Source of the DNA: Octopus vulgaris
Lineage: Eukaryota
Length of the DNA: 64,000 bases
Reading direction: 5' to 3'
Assembly (NCBI GenBank): GCA_951406725.2
Contig: OX597818.1
Location: 48,608,001 to 48,672,000, forward strand
Shown here piece by piece: positions 52,801-63,312 of the stretch (position 1 is the first letter of the stretch; the number at the start of each line of letters is the position of its first letter). The position numbers and the translations under genes are program-made. A model generated the notes under the pieces. It was not told where the DNA came from. It ran no database searches and saw nothing but the letters and a program-made list of their open reading frames with translations.

Positions 52801-55224
52801 ATTACAATATTTTTACAAAATATAAAATGAAACATTTTAGAATCAAGTTAGTTATTTTTTCCTTTCCTTCATCGAATATATGTACTAAACCAAGATTATT
52901 GTTTTTGTCTAAGGAGTCAATTTCTGTACTTGGTGTTCACATTCAACAAATATTAAATTTAGTGATTACAAAATGTGATTTAAAATAGAAGATAACTTGG
53001 ACTTTGTCAATAAATTTGGCAGTAATTTGATATTATGTGAAAATGTTTCTGTATATAAGTTAAGTTGTCTTAGTGTGGGCTATTTACAATGTAGTAGAAT
53101 GGTGGATAAATTTTGTTGATTCTCAAATAAATTTAAATCTCAAAACTTTTAGTGTTGTTTTAATAGCAGTATAATTGCTATAAAGGATATACATCTCCCA
53201 GGCATAATTTTAGAAATAACATCTATTCATTCATTATGTTGGCAGTTCAATGTCATTTACACATTTTTTCCTTCTATAAAAAGAAAAAATTAAATAAGAG
53301 AAGCTGGATGATTTAAAACGCTTAACAGTACATGCAAATAGCCCACCAAAGTGAAGCAGTTAAAAAATAACAAATGAAAAAGATCTGTAAGATACCTAGT
53401 CTAAGAAGGCAACTGTTTATGAGACCAAGTCTTAGAAATAAATATCACAGTTAATGCTCTTTTAATGAATGAATAGAACTCGTAAACTTAAGGATTGTGA
53501 GGCTTATTGTGTAACTTAAAGGATGTTACACTGAATTGTATGAAAACTAATCTGATAAAATAATAAATATTGTTTGAAACATTTACAATGAAGTGGAAAT
53601 TTTGTTTTCTGTATGTTAGTGAGTTAATAGAATATTATGTGTATAAAAATGCCAAAACTTTAAATAAACCCTTCAAGTCCAAAGCAGGCAACAGCACCTT
53701 AAAATTTAACCAGAGGAAAGTAAACTAGGCTCAAATCTTATGTCTGCTATCACCAACTCCTTGAAATCGGGATTTATAAAAGCCATTAGGAGGAGCTCCA
53801 ATAGTAGTGAACGTCAAAGAGATAGATAAACTAGAAGGTGATGGTGATGATGTATAAGGGGAAAAGTATGACTAGATGTGTAAAGTGAAAGAGCAAAATT
53901 AAAAACAAAATGTAGCATTTATCACATACATAATAAAATGTCTATAGAGTTCCAGGTTTTTCAACGGTTACAGTCTGTTGAGTCCAGACTATAAATATTC
54001 TAACAAAAAGTGATCATTTCATATCTAAATATGTGTGTGTGTGTAGGTATAAAGATAAAAACTTTTGGTGGATGGTAACACTGAAGATGTAATATATAAC
54101 TAATTTAATGATTAATTTGTGTAAATTAAAATACAATTTTCTACATAGTTTGATATATTTAATGAATATTAAAATCACCTAAAATCATCAGCTAAATTAT
54201 TTTATTTCTTGTTTATTATGAGTGAATATTTGTATATCATGGATATATAATCAATGCAAATGAAAGGAAAACATAGCCGTGTTCGTCAATAATTAGTGTG
54301 GTGTTTAATTATTCTCACAGATTTCAGAATTACCAGCCATATTTAGATGCATCTTAATAGACTATGGATGAAAATAAACTGTCAGATCCTTGTAAGATGA
54401 GGGTAACTTTTAGCCATATATCTATATAAAATAAATAGTAGGCAAGCAAAAACTGCATATATTTAAGAGATTAGGAATAATGTTACAGATCAGTGTTATA
54501 TCTATAAGCATGGCTCCTACAATGACTAAATAAATGTGTGTACTTTACATTAAAGTTCAGTATTAATGTAAGATGTCTTATTCAAGTTATAATTAGAAAT
54601 ATTTTTTGTATTAACATGTGTCAATGTTCGATACAATCTGGTGTATTGGAATGAACAAAAAAATGTGTAAATATATGAAACACTTCTAAGAATAGACTTG
54701 AAAGACAATGGTAATGCCATACCAGAATATTTGTAATGTATTTTTCAACCATATATTTAAATGCTTTCCATGAAACCAAAAGCAACTTTTTAATGAAAAT
54801 TATGTTTAAAAAAAAAAACTAAGAAAAAAAAAAACTTATCTCTTTAAAATGGACATAACTTTCAGCAGGAATACAAGGACTATTTCAAATGTTAAGATGT
54901 TATAATCACCACCTATTTTATCTGTCAAATAAACATATAATTGATAAAGGAATAGAAGAAACAAATATGTTGAAAGGATTGAGATTATGTAATGAAATAC
55001 AGAAATGATTGGTTTTTGTGAGAATTCATCTGTGAACAAACTGAAGAATGGAACCAGATAGAAAGTATGTTTAATGGTCGTAAGAATTTGAATAGAAATT
55101 TTCAGATATAATTTTATCCTAACTTCTTATAGAAATATGAAGAAGAAAATGTCTTTTAAGGTTTAATCTTCATAAATAAAAACAGACCAGTTTCAGTGAG
55201 AAGACCCATTCAACACTATCTAAA

Positions 55225-55442
55225 TTCTAGTTTTTGGCACAAGGCCGGTAATTTTGAGGGGAGGGAGAAGTCGATTACATTGACCCCCGTTGCTAATCAG
55301 GTACTTATTTTATCAAGCCCAGAAAGATGAAAGGCAAAGTTGACCTCGGCAGCATTTGAATTAATTAATTAATGTAAAACCAGAAGAAATGCTAATAAGC
55401 ATTTTGTCCAGTGAGCTAACAATTCTATTAGCTTGCTGCCTT
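55225..55442 (-). mobile_element. Old SINE family B-related copy
   Basis: GAAAGATGAAAGGCAAAGTTGACCTCGGC core. Confidence 0.65.
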
Positions 55443-55519
55443 GTAACACTAAATGTTAACTTATATTGAAATATGTTTTTGTGCAAAACCTGTTTCACAT
55501 ACACACATTTGCATATACA

Positions 55520-55554
<35 letters not shown>

Positions 55555-56107
55555 CTACATACATATATATCTACATACAAAACATACATAAGAATGAGTC
55601 GATAATTCTTCACAATGCACTTATAACTTGTTCCTTAATTTCTATGATCCAACTTGCATACTCTTTTACTAAGGTCAAATCAGCTGCGATCAGTTTTACA
55701 GGTAGCTCTAGGTTTTGAGCTAGTTCAATGTTGTCATCACAAGAGAGTTGATCAGGCATCAGGCTTCTCATTGATGCATGACACTTGTACAACCGTCTTT
55801 GAATTCAACTGATTACTATGTAGTCTGTCGCAACAACACACTGTTCTCATACTGTGTCAAAAACTTTCACTAGAGTTCTGTCCCCGATATACCCTTAGCC
55901 TACAGAATATGGATCACTAAAAGTTGCTCTTCTTTGAGCAAACAGAAAGCAAAGTGGCCATGGTGAACATAACTTACTTAACTGATATTTCCAGTTCAAA
56001 CCTAACTCATAGGAATTTGAGGGAGACCACATCTAGTGATATACACACAACCAATCTTCCTGCCAGTAGGGAAAAAATTAAGTGCACTGTAAATAATGAC
56101 TCACCTT

Positions 56108-56160
<53 letters not shown>

Positions 56161-57380
56161 GTGAATGTGTGTGTGTACATATATAATCCTCATTTAACGT
56201 ATATTTTTCCATGCTGGATTGGGTTGGACTATAAACACAAATGTAAGTATATATACATATATGTATAGCTATATGAATAAACCCATAAATATGTATACAC
56301 ATGCGTTTATATACATACACACACACACACTCAAATATACACGTGTACAAACATATATTTGAATATTCAACTATTTATGAATACACGCGTACTTATATAC
56401 GCACACACACACACACGTATATATCTATATATATTTAAGTACACGTGTGTATACACATGTACAAGTCCTTATTTGCAAACGGCTATTATTTGTCTGTATA
56501 CATATGTTTGTCAAAAGTGAAAGTATAAAGATTTGGGGACCACACTGGAAAATACCATGGTTACAAGCATTAAAGACTATTATTTACATACAATACGCAC
56601 ACAAGTTTAAATATTTAACAAATTTTTCATTTTGCTAATTAATAAATTAAGAGGAACTTACAAAATAGTTGAAAAAATTGAAATTTTGATGGGAAACATT
56701 CGTTCTAACCTAGTCCTGTTCGTTCTTCGGCAGGTGATGAAAAATGATTAAGCAAAAAAGCTGCCACTAACAAAAAAATAAAATAATAATAATAATAATA
56801 ATTGTAGCAAAATGAATACAGTAACAAGTTTATGAACAAGCCATTTAAGTGAGAAGTCACTGGAGAAAGATGATTACATTTTAAAACAAATTTGGCGGAA
56901 AGAATCCAACTGATTCTTGTAAACTCACAAATAAATAATAACAATTTATCTAATGGAAGTAAAATAAAAACTATCTTTGCAAAAAGTAAAAAAAAAAAAT
57001 GAAGAAAATAAAACACATTCTGTGTGTGTGAATATATGTGTGTGAGTAATGTATGTGTGTAGATATTTCTGGTGATCCGGCACATTTATATAAATTGCCA
57101 CCAAAATTTCTTCAACTGAATAAACTTCTAAAAAAATGTTAGTGAGAAATAGTACTACACCGTTATATAGACAATTATCCACATATAAATTGAAGAGTTA
57201 AAAAGATGTTCAAAGGATATTTTTTGAAAATGACAGCGACCAGCTAACCTCCTCTATAACACGTGTGGTGAATATCTAAAAACATTCTAATCTAGTACAT
57301 TTTATCCTGTTTGTAAACCCACAATAATCAATGAAAACTTGAAGAATGAAGCTCGTGAGATTTGATTTCACACGCATACA

Positions 57381-57411
<31 letters not shown>

Positions 57412-57447
57412 TATATGTATATATATATACATATATATATAATTACA

Positions 57448-59118
57448 TTAACGAGCCAGTGGTTGTCGCGCCCGTTTCATTTCTTCCTGTTGTAAACGTT
57501 GTTGAATAAGTATCTGAGCCTTTGTGATGCTATTGGGCGTACCGGTAATAGTAACCACTCTGTTTCGAGTACCAGGGACGTACACACCCTTCTTTGATAT
57601 CTGAATGTTTGTTCCGGTCATCTGTTGAAGTTCGACAATTCCCTTGCCACCTGGTCCGAGGATGGCTCCAACAATAGTTTCTGGAACCTCTATTTCATTC
57701 TTCGTTGTCGGTCCGGACTTGTCTTCTGTAGGGCTGTACACAGACGAATTATGTCCAAAAGACATCTGATTCTTCATTTGGTCACCAGAAGTACTTGGAC
57801 CTGCTGCAAAAACTGGATTATTCATTGAGTAGTTGACAGCAGTGCCAAATGAATCACTTAACATTGGGCTACCACCAAACCTGTCGCTGTTCATATTTGC
57901 TGAGGAATTATTGAAGGGACTGGTACTAGCGCATGTTGATGCAAAATTCTCCATCGCTGACGGGCAGCTGCCGACGGGACCAAAAATACAGTTATTGTTA
58001 CTGCTATTGACAAACGGGTTGCTAACACTGGTAGTGGGCGTGTTACAACCAGACATCATATTTGAACCTTGTGGGCCTTGCAGGTTGAGTCCACCACTTC
58101 CAGTGCCTAAGTTGTTAAGGGCTCCTAGGTTTAAACCAATGTTGGTAAGAATACCATAATTAGCCAATGTACTCATCGCTGCTCCTATCTCTTCAATTGC
58201 CATATCGGTGAATCCATAGTTACGAAGTGTTACTTTTAAGTTTTCTAGTGCTGAGCTGTTGATTGCTCCTCCGGCAGCACCACCTCCTCCTGAACCTCCA
58301 CCACCAAGGTTAGCATTGTTTACACTCATGTTAGATACATTAGAGTTAGAATTATTTCCGAAATTGTTAAATCCGAAATTGAAAGTTCCCAAGTTGTTAT
58401 TCGCTGCTAAACCCATCTGATCTTGGTTTCTATAGTTCATGTGAGTGAAGGGTAAAGCATTTGAATTGTTTCCTGACATGGGACCCAAGAATTCAGCATA
58501 ACTTATATTAGGGCAGCAGCCACTCTGAGGATCTTCAGCTATAACTCGTAAGATCATATCGACTGCCGTTCTATTACCATCCACATCGCCTGCAATCGTA
58601 ACACATCGTTCTGGTATATATGTACCTTTCTGGCTCTGTGATATTTGCACTGATACTCCGCTTTCTGCCTTAATCTGTTTAATAAAATTGCCTCCTTTGC
58701 CGATTATCATACCGGCAGTACTGTTAGGGACGAGGATTTTGATTTGTTGATTTCGTTCGTAAGGTCCACGATAGTCGTCACATCTAGTATTCAAATCTGG
58801 TTTTTCACGAATCTTTTCCATTATAAAGTTATGTACTTTGCGGACGGCTTCGAATGGCCCAGTAATCAAGCACACCCTTTCAGTCGTGCCTGGATAGAAA
58901 TTGTTGGACTTGGACATTTTCAGTTTAGCACCAGCTTCATTTTGAACTCGAGCTATTGTTTCGCCACCTTTGCCAATGATAGCTCCTGCTATTGCGTTTG
59001 GCACCAATATCTTGAGACTAATAGACCCGCCAGAACTACTGTCTCCAGATTTATAGTCACAGGTATATATTTCATCGGACCCCATGCTGCCACCGCCTCC
59101 GCTCTGACTAGCGTTCAT
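57448..59118 (-). CDS. NOVA: Nova/Pasilla-family RNA-binding protein, three KH domains, single-exon ORF (556 aa)
   Basis: KH1 LKILVPNAIAGAIIGKGGETI...KMSKSNNFYPGTTERVCLITG; KH2 IKILVPNSTAGMIIGKGG; KH3 EVPETIVGAILGPGGKGIVELQQMTGTNIQISKKGVYVPGTRNRVVTITG...EEMKRARQ. These are diagnostic Nova/Pasilla motifs. An in-frame TAA (59125-59127) lies three codons upstream of the ATG. Confidence 0.95.
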   Translation of the reverse strand: MNASQSGGGGSMGSDEIYTCDYKSGDSSSGGSISLKILVPNAIAGAIIGKGGETIARVQNEAGAKLKMSKSNNFYPGTTERVCLITGPFEAVRKVHNFIMEKIREKPDLNTRCDDYRGPYERNQQIKILVPNSTAGMIIGKGGNFIKQIKAESGVSVQISQSQKGTYIPERCVTIAGDVDGNRTAVDMILRVIAEDPQSGCCPNISYAEFLGPMSGNNSNALPFTHMNYRNQDQMGLAANNNLGTFNFGFNNFGNNSNSNVSNMSVNNANLGGGGSGGGGAAGGAINSSALENLKVTLRNYGFTDMAIEEIGAAMSTLANYGILTNIGLNLGALNNLGTGSGGLNLQGPQGSNMMSGCNTPTTSVSNPFVNSSNNNCIFGPVGSCPSAMENFASTCASTSPFNNSSANMNSDRFGGSPMLSDSFGTAVNYSMNNPVFAAGPSTSGDQMKNQMSFGHNSSVYSPTEDKSGPTTKNEIEVPETIVGAILGPGGKGIVELQQMTGTNIQISKKGVYVPGTRNRVVTITGTPNSITKAQILIQQRLQQEEMKRARQPLAR

Positions 59119-59322
59119 CTTGCTTTATGTAAGGAGAAAACTTTCTGTAAGGAAGGACGTCAGTGTTTCTTTTTTCTGCTGTCGCCCTCAAGATTAGTTC
59201 GGCGACGCTTAGTTAAATTTTCCTCTTTTTCTCTTGTGTTGCATGCAAACAGCTTTCTTGTAGAGCAAGACAAACCTCAAATTTCTTGAGTGTAAGAGTT
59301 ATTCATCCTTAAATTTCACGAA

Positions 59323-59568
59323 AGGTGGCGCTGTAGCTTCCTGCATTCCTGCAGCGATTTTCTGCTTAAAAGAAGTAAAAAATAAAATGTAGCGAAATTT
59401 AAAAATCCATTAGAGATGTTCTTAAAAACATTAAATAGTACAATTAATTATTTTTATAATATCTGTATGTATTTGACAAGCAAATATCGATATATACTGA
59501 ATTGTTAATTCAGCAAACGGAAGTGGTCAGGTCACACTACATCAAATCAGCTTAGGGAAAGAAGATGG
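59323..59568. promoter_or_regulatory. Candidate promoter motif cluster upstream of Nova
   Basis: AGGTGGCGCTG (59323-59333), TATCGATA DRE-like palindrome (59485-59492), CGGAAGTG ETS-like (59518-59525), GGTCACACTA Motif-1-like (59530-59539) and AAGATGGC YY1-like (59561-59568), 200-450 bp upstream of the Nova ATG. Confidence 0.4.
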
Positions 59569-59838
59569 CATTAATTCTCTCTCTTTCCTGTTTTTTTGTC
59601 CTTCCCCTTTGAGATCTTGTATGCTACATCTGTCAACTATTGATAACTTCCATACCATCTTCACTTATAATTCCATTCACATCTGGAATACTTTACCACC
59701 CAGTTCTTTAATGGGGCTTTATTTTATCGTCTCTGATAAAGCAGTACCATTGACTTCGGTGTGGTTTCAACTCTGTTAAGGGCCCTTAACTAAAAACTGC
59801 AGACATTTTTTGGTACCTTGGTCTACCAATTCTGTTAA

Positions 59839-60365
59839 CCCTTTCGTTACAGTATTTATTATGAGATGATCTGTGGTTCTTTCAATTTATTTTAAATATA
59901 ACAAAGAATTTAGTAAAATAACATAGTTATCATTAAGTTAGTGTTAGGAACATAAATTGTGACCAAGGTTTGGTGGAAGATTTTAATTCAAAACTTATGA
60001 AAATAAGACATTTGAACTCAGAGCCAGAGCCGGGTTGGTAACAAAAGGGTGGTTTTCCTGATATTTAAACATTAATAATAGCAACATTTTAAATTACAAT
60101 ATTGTCCAGAGATGCTCTGTGGTTCTTTCAATTACTTTAAATATAACAAATAATTTAGCAAAATAACTTAGTTATCATTAAGATAGTGTTAGGAACATAA
60201 ATTGTGACTAAGGTCTGGTGAAAGATTTTAATTCAAAACTTATGAAAATAAGATATTTATACTAAAGAGCCAGAGCCGGTTTCGGCCGGGTTGGTCACAA
60301 AAGGGTGGTTTTCTTGATATTTAAAAATTAATAATAGCAACATTTTTTAAAATACAATATTGTTC
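59839..60365. mobile_element. piggyBac-like MITE family 1 (opposite orientation to 8371), tandemly duplicated together with its flank
   Basis: TTAA CCCTTTCGTTAC start at 59839. The body is the reverse complement of 8371-8584 and ends at ~60049. A second, truncated copy lies at ~60108-60305 with the same ~55 bp downstream flank. Confidence 0.8.
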
Positions 60366-60970
60366 AGTAAAACCGAGTTGATATTTGAATAACATTAAAA
60401 CAATGAAAATATTTTGAAACAGTATAATATATAGAGGTGGTGTGCATTTAGAAAATCGTTGGAATTAATTCTCTAATGCACCCAGACCACAACTGTAAGG
60501 ATGCTTTTTTTTTTAAGCGTCGCAGTTTATGATTCTACAAAAAAATGAAGAAAAAAGAAAAATCCGATGGTGGGAGGGGGAATTCTTTGCTCGCCCCTTT
60601 CTGAAATTTAAAAAAAATATTTTTCAAATTTATGTTTTAAAAAGTCGTACATATTTTAATTTGATTATGGTGTTTTTTAAGAATCATAATATCAGATATC
60701 TAATGTATAAAATAGAAAAAAACATTTTCGAAAGACAGTAAAAGTTGAAAAATTAGGAAGTTGGTGGGGAACAAAAATATATTCCTAATTTTAAAAAAAA
60801 TTTTAATCTTAGATGTTCAGAACACATCTGAAGAAATTACGGTTTTTGGTGAACTAGATATTTCCGATCCTATTCTATAGGAATACCTTTAATTTGAAAA
60901 CATTCATCATAGTCAATATGACTACCTTTTGAGTTAAAAAAAAAAAAAAGAAACGATCTTTTTCTTCCAT

Positions 60971-61335
60971 TTTTTTTTTTTTTTTTGCTGAATCTGGAGG
61001 AAGAAGCAGAGTCCTTAATCCTTGCAGACTCTGCGAGACAGGCAATGATCAATGCCGTTAATGATTTATTTAAACTGTTGCAGATCAACACAAGCTGGAG
61101 AGACGAGAGGGTGGAGATTCCGGAGGACCGATGTTCCGGAGATGAAGCATTTGGAATAGCGCTTGATGCAGGGGAAAAAAGGAGAGGACTGGACGCACCA
61201 AGGAAAACGAAATTTGGAGAAATGAGTGTGTCAAGAGTACCTCAATGATGGAGGTACAAGACCATTGAACTCTGAGGGGCAGAGGCCATTATAGTAGCGA
61301 CAGAAGAGAGAGAAAGTGAGAAGAGTCAGCATGTC
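60971..61335 (-). mobile_element. Degenerate LINE 3' end with poly(A) tail
   Basis: The minus strand encodes decayed HYNGLCPS and DLQQFK..INGID motifs seen in LINE ORF2 C-termini; T-run at ~60971-60986. Confidence 0.5.
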
Positions 61336-61964
61336 TTGATGGAATGTCCATCAGCCGATTAGTTCTCTGTTGAAGCTATCGCGGATAAGGCCGGAATATT
61401 TCTAATTAGACAAACACAGGGGTCAAATACTTGTTACTTAAAGATGAAATAATATCTTTAAGTAAAATTCTTCGATTTCTCTTGATCTTGGATATCAAGT
61501 ATTGGAAGTGGGTCTTTTCTGTTTGAACTACAAATATATACAAATGGCTATACATAAATACTTGCAGAAGTTCGTGTAGTTTGATATAATTTTAAATGTA
61601 TGTTACAGCTGTTTGTCTTTCATCCTTCGGGAGTTGATGAAGTAAGGTATCGGCAAAGAACTGATGTCGATTGAAATTGACTAACCTCTCCCCGTCAAAC
61701 TAGCCTCCTTAGATTTTATTTCTCGAAGCAGTTACATCTTTCAAGTGTTTGCAGAGTTGCGGCAGCTGTACCAGTGTGTGTGATGATTATTATTATTGGC
61801 GTAATGACCCTCCCAAGACAAGATATATATGCTGATTACAAGAAAAATGTCAAAAATTTACAGAATTATGTGAAAGTGTCAACCCTGATTTAGCAAGCTT
61901 ATCCCTACGGTTACAATCCCGTTTTTACAGAATCTATTTTATAGTAATGTGAATTCTTTAATGA

Positions 61965-62150
61965 AAGCAGGCTCGGGGCAGAGTGTAAGTTGATTACATC
62001 GCCTCAGTACTCAACAGGTAATTATTTTATCGACCCAGAAAGGATGAAAGGCAAAGTCGACACCTTTGCAGAATTTGAACTCAGAACGTCAGGACGGACG
62101 AAATGCCGCTAAGGACTTTGTCCGGCGTGCCAACGATTCTGCTAGCTTGT
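61965..62150 (-). mobile_element. SINE family B-related copy
   Basis: GAAAGGATGAAAGGCAAAGTCGAC...GAATTTGAACTCAGAACG core. Confidence 0.7.
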
Positions 62151-62283
62151 CTTAAACGAAAGCATTAATATTGTAACTGTTTCACTTTCCGAGATGCACC
62201 TCAAATAACATATATCTATGCCATTGAAATGCTAGCGAAGTATATTTATACTCGAATCAAAACCATATCCTTAGACAAATCAG

Positions 62284-62568
62284 GGATCTTTTCACTTTGA
62301 CCGGCAATTTTTAAAATAATTTCTATGTAACTAAAAAAATTTAAACTTCGTATACTGGTAGAATGTGTTTATAAAACATCTTTTTCTCTTGGAAATTGCC
62401 GAAATGCAAGAAATTAAACAACAAATAGCTTACAAACTACAGAATTTTCTCAAGAAAGACAAGAGAAAAAGATGTTTTATAATCACATTCTACCAGTATA
62501 CGAAGTTTAAAATTTTTTAGTTACATAGAAATTATTTAAAAAATCTGCCGGCCAAAGCGAAAAGATCC
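62284..62568. mobile_element. Foldback MITE with ~105 bp TIRs and 8-bp TSD
   Basis: Termini GGATC...GATCC; arms ~62284-62391 and ~62460-62568 are near-perfect reverse complements; TSD CAAATCAG at 62276-62283 and 62569-62576. Confidence 0.9.
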
Positions 62569-63312
62569 CAAATCAGAAACCCCGAAATCCCTCCTCCCCT
62601 TTATTAAAGGCGGTAGTGTGTAATTTGAGAGAGAGAGGAAGATTTGACTTCTATTTCTAGCGGATAGAGTGTCCACGTAGTTGTCTCAAATGTTGTACGA
62701 AAGAGTGATAATGTAAGGGAAGCAATTCCTGATTGCCGTTATATAAGTTGAGCAACGGTCCATGGTTCTGTTGTTTTGCGTCTGATGTCGTGTCGTTGAC
62801 GACTTGAGCTGTAATTAAGTGTTGTGGCTTATTGAGACAGGAAATTATGAGCGCGAGATAAACTTGAGTCGTATTGTGTTGTGTCTGAGTGGCTCAAATA
62901 ATATTTTTTTTCCCAAAAGAAGATGAGTTTACTCCCACAAAACCGCGGTTTTTGCTCAGATGTTGTCAGCATCACCCTCCTAACTAACGTTTCGTTCGTT
63001 TCTTTCGAAGGTGTCCGATCCTCCTCTCCATCCCGTCGGTTCAGGCAGAAATACTACCAAATTCACCCGGTTGAAATGTCCTTTGAATAGACTGACAGTT
63101 GAACTAATAACATAAACATTAAATATTTAGCAATGTTGCTTTTTAAAATCAGTTATTTAGGATTTATATGAAACTTGGAAAAAACAAAAAATCTTGGTTC
63201 AAGAGTAATTTTTGATCGTCTAATTATTGATCACATCTCGCAACCATTAGGAGTCACACCTCTTGGAGTCAAGGGTTCTTGAAATATTTTGCTTCCTCGT
63301 AAAATATTGAAA

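Noticed and set aside
57625-59289. Plus-strand ORFs overlapping Nova (57625, 57833, 58744)
   Set aside because: Antisense shadows of the real CDS with no recognisable motifs.
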